Shown piece by piece: positions 26,621 to 33,869 of a DNA stretch of 33,869 bases. The stretch comes from Thermoplasmata archaeon (GTDB taxonomy: Archaea; Thermoplasmatota; Thermoplasmata; Sysuiplasmatales; Sysuiplasmataceae): the NCBI GenBank assembly GCA_021811925.1, contig JAKAPY010000003.1, positions 1 to 33,869 on the forward strand, given 5' to 3'. The notes under the pieces are model-generated. The model was not told the DNA's origin. It was given only the letters and a program-made list of their open reading frames with translations, and made no database searches. The translations under genes were made by a program, and so were the position numbers. How positions within the stretch are numbered: the stretch's first letter is position 1; every line of letters starts with the position of its first letter.

Positions 26621-27868
26621 ATGGCCGCAACAATGAAACAGACCAAGGTCTATGATAGGGAAGAGCTCGCTTCGGGCACCGACGGTGTCGCACAGGCGGT
26701 GAGGCTTGCAGATGTCGACGTGTTTGCCGCTTATCCAATCCGACCGTACACAGGCGTGATGGACAGGCTTGCAAAGTTCATCGCAGACGGCAAGTTTGAC
26801 GCCGAGTATATCATCGCCGACGGTGAGCATTCTCAGTTTGAGATAGGAAAGCATGCTTCTTCCGTAGGCGCGCGTGCCTTCGTCGGTAGCAGCGGGACGG
26901 GCTGGCTTTACGCAATGGAAGCTCTTGCAACTACAGCCACAGACAGGTTGCCGGTAGTGGCACTCGTAGGCAACAGGGCTCTCGACGATCCAGGGGCCTT
27001 CGGCGTGGAGCACAATGATGCAATGCTTGTGAGGGACCTTGGATGGCTTGTTGTGTGGGTCTCCACTGCCCAGGAGGCGCTGGACACAACCCTGATAGCA
27101 TACAGGGTTGCCGAGGATCCGACAGTCCTTATGCCGTGTGCCGTCGCAATGGACGGAGGATATCTCACCCATTCCGAGCACATAATCAGGGTTCCGACGA
27201 AGGAGTCGGTCTCCAAATTCCTCCCGAGATACAACCTGGGAAAGAGGGTCATGCACCCTGACAACCCCGTCTCCATAGCACCCCAGATCAATGAAGACTG
27301 GTGCATGGAAATCAGGAGGCAGAACTGGGAAGCAGCGAAGAGAGCCAAGGAAGTAATCTACAAGGCTTACAAGGAATTCAACAGCGTGTTCGGCTCCAAC
27401 TACACCAACCCGTTCTTCGATGAGCACATGACGAGTGGCGCTGAAACGATTGTGATTGGCATGGGCACTGTTTCCTCGGCGGCAAAGGTTGCTGTCAACA
27501 GGCTGAGGGAAAAAGGAGAAAAAGTCGGTTTCATCAAGCTCAGGTGGTTCAGGCCATTCCCGACTGAAGAACTCAGGAAGGCACTTTCCCGCGCAAAGAG
27601 GGTAGCCGTCATAGACAGAGACTTCGCTCATGGCGGGCCGGATGACGGTGGTGTGCTCTATAATGAGGTCAGGTCCGTTCTTTTCGACGCGAAGAACAAG
27701 CCGAAAGTTGTCGACTTCATAGCGGGCCTCGGAGGCAGGGAGATATCGATAGAGGACGTTATGGAAGTAGTCAGCATCACAAAGAAATGCAAAGCAGATG
27801 AACGCGTTCACTGGGTGGGCCTCAGGGAAAGGAAGACCGGGGGCACACATGTCAGGATGAAGAGGTGA
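26621..27868 (+). CDS. 2-oxoacid:ferredoxin oxidoreductase alpha subunit (oxalate oxidoreductase-like)
   Basis: YPIRPYTG, DGEHS, NRALDDPG, QEALD, FRPFP and GLGGRE motifs. Confidence 0.9.
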   Translation: MAATMKQTKVYDREELASGTDGVAQAVRLADVDVFAAYPIRPYTGVMDRLAKFIADGKFDAEYIIADGEHSQFEIGKHASSVGARAFVGSSGTGWLYAMEALATTATDRLPVVALVGNRALDDPGAFGVEHNDAMLVRDLGWLVVWVSTAQEALDTTLIAYRVAEDPTVLMPCAVAMDGGYLTHSEHIIRVPTKESVSKFLPRYNLGKRVMHPDNPVSIAPQINEDWCMEIRRQNWEAAKRAKEVIYKAYKEFNSVFGSNYTNPFFDEHMTSGAETIVIGMGTVSSAAKVAVNRLREKGEKVGFIKLRWFRPFPTEELRKALSRAKRVAVIDRDFAHGGPDDGGVLYNEVRSVLFDAKNKPKVVDFIAGLGGREISIEDVMEVVSITKKCKADERVHWVGLRERKTGGTHVRMKR

Positions 27869-28878
27869 TTGAATTGGTTTCGACTCAACAGGCAAAGAAG
27901 GAATTCGAAAGCGCTAAGCTATACACAAGTGTGCACAACATCGACCTGGAGGAGTTCTACTCTTCCGGGCACAGAACATGCCAGGGCTGCGAGTCGGCGC
28001 TTGTAATGCGCGATTTCGTCAAGGCCTCGGGGCCGAGGACAGTCGTCACCGGTGCCACGGGCTGCATGTATGTGGCAAACACAAGCTACATGACGACTCC
28101 CTGGGTTGTTCCCTGGATGCACACCCAGCTTGGTGCTGGCGGGGCATCCGCAATCGGAATGGCGGCAGGGCTCCGTGCGCTAATGAGAAAGGGCAAGATA
28201 AAGAATGAGAAGATCAACGTGATCAACTTCTCCGGAGACCTCGGAGGCGGGGACATGGGCCTCGGAGGGATATCAGGCGCGCTGCAGACAGATTATGACC
28301 TGCTTGTCATAATATACGACAACGAATCTGCTGCAAACACAGACATACAGGCGACGAACCTGACGCCCTATGGTGCACAGACAACTTTCAGTCCGACAGG
28401 GCCAGCAAAGAGGATCATGCACACGAAATGGAAGAAGAATGTCGCTCCAATGATGGCCGTTGGCCATCCAAACTGCAAGTATGTGGCCACTGCATGCGCG
28501 ACCTGGCCGCCGATGGACTACATGAACAAGGTGAAAAAAGCGCTAGACATCGGGGGCCCTACGCTTATCCACACACTTGATCCGTGCCCGAAGGGCTGGG
28601 ATTACCATCCGAGATATTCCGGGGAACTTGGTCAGCTTGCGATAAAGTCAGGGCTCTTCCCGTTGTATGAGATAATCAAGGGCGAGGTCCGCTACACCTA
28701 CGATGCAAGGAAGCAGAAGCGCGTCCCGGTCAGGGAATACCTCGAGAAGCAGGGGAGGTTCACACATTTCATTGACGAGGACTATGAGCTTTTCCAGACA
28801 AAGGTCGACGAGATGTGGAACGACTGGGAAATACCGGGTGTCGCTCCAGTCAAGGGAATTCTGAAGCTTGCGCAATAA
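27865..28878 (+). CDS. 2-oxoacid:ferredoxin oxidoreductase beta subunit (TPP-binding, oxalate oxidoreductase-like)
   Basis: GHRTCQGC, TGCMYVANTSY, GDL...YDNES and PCPKGW motifs; start could be TTG 27874. Confidence 0.9.
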   Translation: MIELVSTQQAKKEFESAKLYTSVHNIDLEEFYSSGHRTCQGCESALVMRDFVKASGPRTVVTGATGCMYVANTSYMTTPWVVPWMHTQLGAGGASAIGMAAGLRALMRKGKIKNEKINVINFSGDLGGGDMGLGGISGALQTDYDLLVIIYDNESAANTDIQATNLTPYGAQTTFSPTGPAKRIMHTKWKKNVAPMMAVGHPNCKYVATACATWPPMDYMNKVKKALDIGGPTLIHTLDPCPKGWDYHPRYSGELGQLAIKSGLFPLYEIIKGEVRYTYDARKQKRVPVREYLEKQGRFTHFIDEDYELFQTKVDEMWNDWEIPGVAPVKGILKLAQ

Positions 28879-29139
28879 GACCAGCGATGTGCCCAGAAAC
28901 GCTTTCAATAAACACTTTCATGTTTTTGCACCGCAAACCCCCACGGGCACCCGGTACCTTAACGAGCTCTAAATCCGAGGCATGCACAGCGCCGAGCGGA
29001 AGAACGCCGGGGATCCGTCAGAAGGGCTGTTTCCGCTTGAAACGGCTGCCGGGTGATGCCAAGTCATAATCATGTAGTCTGTTCCAAACATGTGCAATCG
29101 TTCGATTCAGTCTGCAGTCCCCTGTACCGTTACAGTAAA

Positions 29140-31134
29140 TTACTGCTGCGAAGGAGGCATGCCCTTTTCCAGGTCAAATTGCTTTATCGTATAGTTTCTC
29201 GGACTTGAAAACGGCCTGAAGTATTTGCCGTTGCCCTTGTAGAATTTCGAGAAGAACTCGACGTAGATCAGCCTCGCGCCCTGAATGCCCGGCTCGAACA
29301 CTGCAATGATCAGGTTGAATATCTGGCCCACAACAAGGATAACCACGCCTACTACGGCCAGCAGCGGCGACTTGTGTATACCCCTCCAGAATATCAGGTC
29401 GATGACATAGGCAAGTATGACCGAAGCGAGCAGTATTCCGACTATCCTCGTGTATGACAGTATGTGGCTTATGATGGAAGGAAGTTCCATCGCCCCCATC
29501 GTCCCCTCGGAGCCGAATATTGTTGCAACTCCGGCTATTATCATTGCTATCGATGCAAGACCAGCCGTCGTGCCAGTTATCGAGGTCTTGTGTATAAGGT
29601 CGAGTCCGAGTGTGGCAATGCCCCAGGCAAACAGTAGCCATCCGATCTTGCCTGCTATTCCCCTCCGGTGGCCCTTCGTGTATTCGTTGTATGCGCCGAG
29701 CAGCAGACCCAGTGATACCAGCGCCAGACCGAAATAGCCGGAGAACAGAAGCAGTTTTCCTATGCCTGTATTGAGCAGGGTCGACGACGTGACAAAAACG
29801 GAAAGCGTCGGAAGTCCCATGTTGAACACAGTCACTGGCAGAATCGGGAAACCGAAGAAAGTGTTGAACAGGAGGCCCGCCACAATCGCTATAATGGACG
29901 AAGGTATGAGCGCCCTCGCGAGCGTCTTTAGCGCGTTTGGCCCCATTATCATCAGCACGAAGCGCGACAGCATCTTAGGTATGTGGCTCTTGGCGACCGG
30001 ATGGTCTATCCTGTGTTTTATGAAAAGCGATATGAGAAGTATAGTCAGGCCATATCCCCAGTCTCCGACCATTATGCCGAAGAGGAAAGGAAATACAATG
30101 GCAAAAACAAGCGTCGGGTCGACCTCGTACTCCTGCGGGAGTGAGTAGAAGCGGATGAAGAATTCAAAGAGTTTTATTCCCCTCGGGTTCTTCAGAAGCG
30201 TCGGTGGCTGCTCATCCGTCTCCACGACAGATACAATCACATTTCCGCCGGTCGTGTTGTTGAGCAGGTCGACAAGCATTTTGTAATGCCGCTTCGGCAC
30301 CCAGCCTTCAATAGCGAAACTGTCCCTCGTGGAGGAAAGCTTCTCCGAAACCTCGAATTTCCTTGACTCTATCTCAAGCTGTTCCCTGATCTGCGCTACA
30401 CTGGCAAACCACCTGTCAGAGAGCTGGCCAAGCCTTTCCTGTATCTTCCCCGACTGCTTTTCAAGTTCGCCTACTCTCTTCCTCGAGTCATCTATGAAAT
30501 CGGAAGGCAGGCCACGCATTGCAGGCACCGCAATGATTTGGAACCCCTTCTCGTTGGACAGCCTTGCAAGATCCGAGTCCATCCCTGCCGGGACAGATAT
30601 GAGCACGTAATCATTTCCAAGGTCCCTGCAGACGGATCCATGGATTGTTTCCCTTACCGGGGAGTATATGTCTATATCCTCCTTCTTAACAGCAAGGAAG
30701 GAGGCTATGAGCCTGCCGGAGTAAATCGAAAGATCGTAGTTGAGTGCTGACAGGGCCCCCGCGATCCTTACCTTCTCCTTCAGGTCCCTTGTCTCTGCAG
30801 ATATTGAGCTCTCTTCCTCCTTTAGCCTCTTGAGCTCCGGTTCTATGTTGACCTCCGAAGCGGCGGCCGACAGTTCGTCGAGAGACTTGAAGAACTTTTT
30901 CTCAACCGGCCTCTTCGGCATTATGGCCTCCATTCCCCTGAACCGGAGCAGTTCGGAGCTCAGCTTTTCGTAGCTTTCCGCCTGCAATCCCTTCTGCATC
31001 AGGCCTGCAACTTCGCCGCTGACTTCCTCAAGCTGCATGATGCCGACATCATGCAGAGCGGACACTATGACATTCCGCTTCGAGTTGGCGCCTATGACAC
31101 GTATCCTTATGATCTTCTCCGGTTTCAGTGTCAT
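29140..31134 (-). CDS. atpI: A/V-type ATP synthase subunit I (a)
   Basis: EGWVP, PPTLLKN, EVDPT, FGIMVGDWGYG, SHILSYTRI and RLIYVEFFSKFY motifs. Confidence 0.96.
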   Translation of the reverse strand: MTLKPEKIIRIRVIGANSKRNVIVSALHDVGIMQLEEVSGEVAGLMQKGLQAESYEKLSSELLRFRGMEAIMPKRPVEKKFFKSLDELSAAASEVNIEPELKRLKEEESSISAETRDLKEKVRIAGALSALNYDLSIYSGRLIASFLAVKKEDIDIYSPVRETIHGSVCRDLGNDYVLISVPAGMDSDLARLSNEKGFQIIAVPAMRGLPSDFIDDSRKRVGELEKQSGKIQERLGQLSDRWFASVAQIREQLEIESRKFEVSEKLSSTRDSFAIEGWVPKRHYKMLVDLLNNTTGGNVIVSVVETDEQPPTLLKNPRGIKLFEFFIRFYSLPQEYEVDPTLVFAIVFPFLFGIMVGDWGYGLTILLISLFIKHRIDHPVAKSHIPKMLSRFVLMIMGPNALKTLARALIPSSIIAIVAGLLFNTFFGFPILPVTVFNMGLPTLSVFVTSSTLLNTGIGKLLLFSGYFGLALVSLGLLLGAYNEYTKGHRRGIAGKIGWLLFAWGIATLGLDLIHKTSITGTTAGLASIAMIIAGVATIFGSEGTMGAMELPSIISHILSYTRIVGILLASVILAYVIDLIFWRGIHKSPLLAVVGVVILVVGQIFNLIIAVFEPGIQGARLIYVEFFSKFYKGNGKYFRPFSSPRNYTIKQFDLEKGMPPSQQ

Positions 31135-31138
31135 CTGT

Positions 31139-31462
31139 CTATTCCTCTAGAAATGAGAGCACGAGCTTGTTGACAGCCCCTTCCAGCTCTGCCTTTGTCA
31201 CCCTGAGTTTCATTGCAGCAGCCTCCTTCCGGGCTCCTTCAACTATTTCCTCGCATCGGGCGCCCGTGTCAGTTTTCACCTTCTGCAGTGCTTCCAGGTA
31301 AGCCTTCTCGGCATCCGTCTTCGCCGATTCAACGCTGCCTGCGAGCTCCTTCCTCTTCTGCTCCAGCATTTCCTCCTGCTTCCTGGCGAACTCCCTGATT
31401 TCGGCCTCTACGGAATCCTCTTTTTCCCTGATTGACTTGAGCGCCTCAACATCGCCTGTCAT
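31139..31462 (-). CDS. atpH: A/V-type ATP synthase peripheral stalk subunit H (G)
   Basis: Charged coiled-coil protein of 107 aa immediately upstream of subunit I. Confidence 0.8.
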   Translation of the reverse strand: MTGDVEALKSIREKEDSVEAEIREFARKQEEMLEQKRKELAGSVESAKTDAEKAYLEALQKVKTDTGARCEEIVEGARKEAAAMKLRVTKAELEGAVNKLVLSFLEE

Positions 31463-31639
31463 TCATATCACCCCTGATAGGAAAAGAACCAGCAGGACAA
31501 GCGCTATTGCCGGGTTCAGCATGACCACAAGTCTTCTGATGAGCATGAAGCGTCTCAGGCTTGGATTGCCCCGGACCATGTCGGGCGTCACTAGGACCTG
31601 CTTCACAAAGTGCCTCACCTTGTACTTAGGCTGATACAT
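31463..31639 (-). CDS. Unannotated 58-aa basic protein with a C-terminal TM helix inside the ATP synthase operon
   Basis: MYQPKYKVRHFVKQVLVTPDMVRGNPSLRRFMLIRRLVVMLNPAIALVLLVLFLSGVI*; GGAGG SD; overlaps the atpD end by 14 nt; its TGA abuts the atpH ATG. Confidence 0.82.
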   Translation of the reverse strand: MYQPKYKVRHFVKQVLVTPDMVRGNPSLRRFMLIRRLVVMLNPAIALVLLVLFLSGVI

Positions 31640-32282
31640 CCGCTGCCTCCTTCCCCTGTCTCTGCACCATTTTCCTTTTTATGACCTTGAGCGTAGTGAA
31701 AGTGTCTCTCTCTATCTCGTCCAGCCTCATCCTGATCTGCTTTGCAGAGTACGTCAGCTGTGGAATGAGTATGTTCTCGATCGCGTTTGACCTTCTCTTC
31801 GTCTTGTCTATCTCCTGCAGGAGCCTCCTCATCGAATTCTCCTTTTCGGCGATCTCGAGCATCGATGAAAGCACCTTTTCGAACTTCTTGATTGCATCGT
31901 TGACTGGGGCGCTGACGGCGGTAGACCTGTACTCCGGGCTGAGAACGGAGAGCCCTGCCTTTACACTGAGCTCCGGGACCCTGACGCCCATCACATTCTT
32001 CGCCCCCACGCCGACATTGGAGCTGGACGACATCTGCGCGACACGCTCGAGCTCCATTGCACCGCTCATGACTTCTGCAAGCTTGAGCGAATCAATTGCC
32101 CTGCCTATGTCTTCCCTCAGGTTCTCCCTGAGACCCCTGATCTTCCTGCTAATGTTGAAGAATTCCATCACCAGGGCGTTGCGCTTCATTTTCAGCAGGT
32201 CCAGCCCTCTCTTGGCGAGCTTGATGCGCCTGTTTGTCCTGATCAGTTCTATCCTGGTGGGCTTGATCTGCTGTGCCGGCAT
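31626..32282 (-). CDS. atpD: A/V-type ATP synthase subunit D
   Basis: KPTRIEL, LLKMKR, NVMGVRVP and TKRRSNAIE motifs; true start at ATG 32282 (TAATG overlap with atpB). Confidence 0.95.
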   Translation of the reverse strand: MPAQQIKPTRIELIRTNRRIKLAKRGLDLLKMKRNALVMEFFNISRKIRGLRENLREDIGRAIDSLKLAEVMSGAMELERVAQMSSSSNVGVGAKNVMGVRVPELSVKAGLSVLSPEYRSTAVSAPVNDAIKKFEKVLSSMLEIAEKENSMRRLLQEIDKTKRRSNAIENILIPQLTYSAKQIRMRLDEIERDTFTTLKVIKRKMVQRQGKEAADVSA

Positions 32283-33670
32283 TACTCCTTCCTCCACTTG
32301 CCGTACTTCTCTATGAACTCCCTCTTGACTCTCTTCATCTCTGTTTTGGGCATGACGCTCAGAAGCTCCCATCCAAGGTCCAGTGTCGTCTCTATTCCCC
32401 TGTCCTCGTAGACACCCTGCTTCACGAACCTGTTTTCAAACTCGTCCGCGAATTTCAGGTAGAGCCTGTCATTTGCCCCGAGCGCCTCCTCACCCACAAT
32501 CGCACTGAGGGATCTCAGGTCCTTGCCGTTGGCGTAGGCCGAATAGAGCTGGTCGGCAATGCCCCTGTGATCCTCCCTTGTTCTCCCCTTGCCTATGCCC
32601 TGGTTCATCAGCCTTGAAAGAGAGGGAAGGACGTCTATCCCGGGATATATCCCCTTTCTCTGCAGATCTCTGCTAAGCACCGTCTGTCCTTCTGTAATGT
32701 AGCCTGTCAGGTCGGGGATGGGATGCGTTATGTCGTCTCCGGGCATTGTCAGTATTGGTATTTGTGTAATCGAACCGTTCTTTCCCCTTATTTTTCCTGC
32801 GCGTTCGTATATTGTGCTCAGGTCGGTGTACATGTAGCCAGGATAGCCCCTTCTTCCCGGGACTTCCTCCCTCGCGGATGAAATCTCCCTGAGCGCCTCG
32901 CAGTAGTTTGTCATGTCGGAGAGAATCACAAGAATGTGCATCTCCCTCTCATACGCCAGATACTCTGCCGTTGTGAGTGCAACCTTTGGGAGCATGATGC
33001 GTTCCATCGACGGGTCGGAGGAAAGGTTGAGGAAAAGCACGGCTCTTGACAGTGCACCCGTGTTCCTGAATTCGCTGATGAAGAAATTGGCCTCCTCGCT
33101 TGTTATGCCCATGGCACCGAAGATGACAGCGAAGTTCTCTCCTTTCCCGAGCACCTTCGCCTGCCTCGCTATCTGGGCCGCAAGCATGTTGTGTGCCAGG
33201 CCAGACCCTGAGAAGATTGGCAGTTTCTGCCCCCTCACAAGCGTGTTCATTCCATCGATTGTGGAAATGCCCGTTTCAATAAACTCTGAGGGCTCCTCCC
33301 TGGAATAAGGATTTATCGCGTTTCCAACGATTTCCACCCTCTCCTTGCTTATGATCAAAGGGCCACCATCGGATGGTTCGCCGAGACCGTTGAATATCCT
33401 TCCGAGCATTTCGTCTGAGACTGTAATCCTGGCCGTTGTGCCAGAAAACTTCACTCTTGTCTTCCCGACATCCAATCCCGAAGTCGGACCGAACACCTGC
33501 ACGACTGCCAGGCCCCTGCTTGTGTCGAGGACCTGCCCGGTTCTTGTCTGTCCATCAGGCGTCCTGATTTCTACAAGCTCGTTGTATGCAGCGTTCTCCA
33601 CCTTCTCCACAAAAAGGAGAGGACCCGTTATCTGTGATATTGACTTGTAGCTCACACCAGGCATTTTCAT
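32282..33670 (-). CDS. atpB: A/V-type ATP synthase subunit B
   Basis: [41 protein letters not shown] and PSLSRLM motifs. Confidence 0.98.
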   Translation of the reverse strand: MKMPGVSYKSISQITGPLLFVEKVENAAYNELVEIRTPDGQTRTGQVLDTSRGLAVVQVFGPTSGLDVGKTRVKFSGTTARITVSDEMLGRIFNGLGEPSDGGPLIISKERVEIVGNAINPYSREEPSEFIETGISTIDGMNTLVRGQKLPIFSGSGLAHNMLAAQIARQAKVLGKGENFAVIFGAMGITSEEANFFISEFRNTGALSRAVLFLNLSSDPSMERIMLPKVALTTAEYLAYEREMHILVILSDMTNYCEALREISSAREEVPGRRGYPGYMYTDLSTIYERAGKIRGKNGSITQIPILTMPGDDITHPIPDLTGYITEGQTVLSRDLQRKGIYPGIDVLPSLSRLMNQGIGKGRTREDHRGIADQLYSAYANGKDLRSLSAIVGEEALGANDRLYLKFADEFENRFVKQGVYEDRGIETTLDLGWELLSVMPKTEMKRVKREFIEKYGKWRKE

Positions 33671-33869
33671 GCACCTACCATCTGTGTCCCGGCAGACTGC
33701 ATCTGCCCCGCGATATCCTTTAGGAGGTCTGCGAAGAATGACTCTGCCTGCTCCTCCTTCACTTCTTTCATCCTGGAGATTTTCTCCCTGACAGGAAGAA
33801 CTGAGAGCTGCTCCATTGTGGCTCCCCTTTCGAGTGCCTCATTCTGGAATTTTCCCATCTCACTTATAG
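33667..33869 (-). CDS. atpA: A/V-type ATP synthase subunit A, C-terminal fragment (continues beyond the window)
   Basis: Frame open to the window edge; ALERG...[11 protein letters not shown]; stop overlaps the atpB start. Confidence 0.85.
   Translation of the reverse strand, partial: ISEMGKFQNEALERGATMEQLSVLPVREKISRMKEVKEEQAESFFADLLKDIAGQMQSAGTQMVGA

Noticed and set aside
26543-27895. 450-aa antisense ORF over the oxidoreductase alpha gene
   Set aside because: Long antisense frames are expected from codon bias at this GC content; no protein-like motifs.
28879-29139. Intergenic cluster of KpnI, SacI, SphI, BamHI and PstI sites, plus a weak C/D-box-like ATGATTA...CTGA on the minus strand
   Set aside because: The sites are not contiguous or in polylinker order, so this is not vector; internal C'/D' boxes are missing, so an sRNA is unsupported.
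32283-32372. ORF-track N-terminal extension of atpD (and similar extensions of sufC, sufU, priS, hbd and the methyltransferase)
   Set aside because: They overlap upstream genes or promoters; SD/TATA positions and family N-termini favour downstream starts.
1-33869. CRISPR arrays, IS elements, integrases, inteins, tRNA/rRNA genes and in-frame stop recoding
   Set aside because: None seen by eye; genes are of normal length and uninterrupted. A covariance-model scan would be needed to exclude small RNAs.

Overview
Archaeal chromosomal segment, most consistent with class Thermoplasmata (inferred from gene content and order; GGAGG/GAGGTGA Shine-Dalgarno motifs and TATA-box promoters). It is centred on cdc6/orc1 and a probable replication origin with ORB elements. 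From left to right: (1) a sulfur/Fe-S operon, sufC-sufU-cysteine synthase-[ubiquitin-like carrier fused in frame to a MoeB/E1 enzyme, missed by the ORF track], divergent from a SufR-like regulator; (2) a surface glycoprotein + 3-TM protein + double winged-HTH module; (3) queD-queC-queE, where queC appears to start at a CTG codon; (4) dph2, a split-barrel/methyltransferase fusion, a GT2 enzyme, priS, rpl18a-pfdA-ftsY, an M20 hydrolase, dCMP deaminase and signal peptidase; (5) cdc6, oriC and tiaS; (6) thiolase-hydroxyacyl-CoA dehydrogenase-MFS; (7) an HTH-10 regulator divergent from a three-subunit oxalate-oxidoreductase-like enzyme (YPIRP signature, altered active site); (8) the distal A/V-type ATP synthase operon (A-B-D-small ORF-H-I), containing an unannotated 58-aa membrane ORF. 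I saw no tRNA, rRNA, CRISPR array or mobile element. All family assignments come from motif recognition by eye, not database searches.
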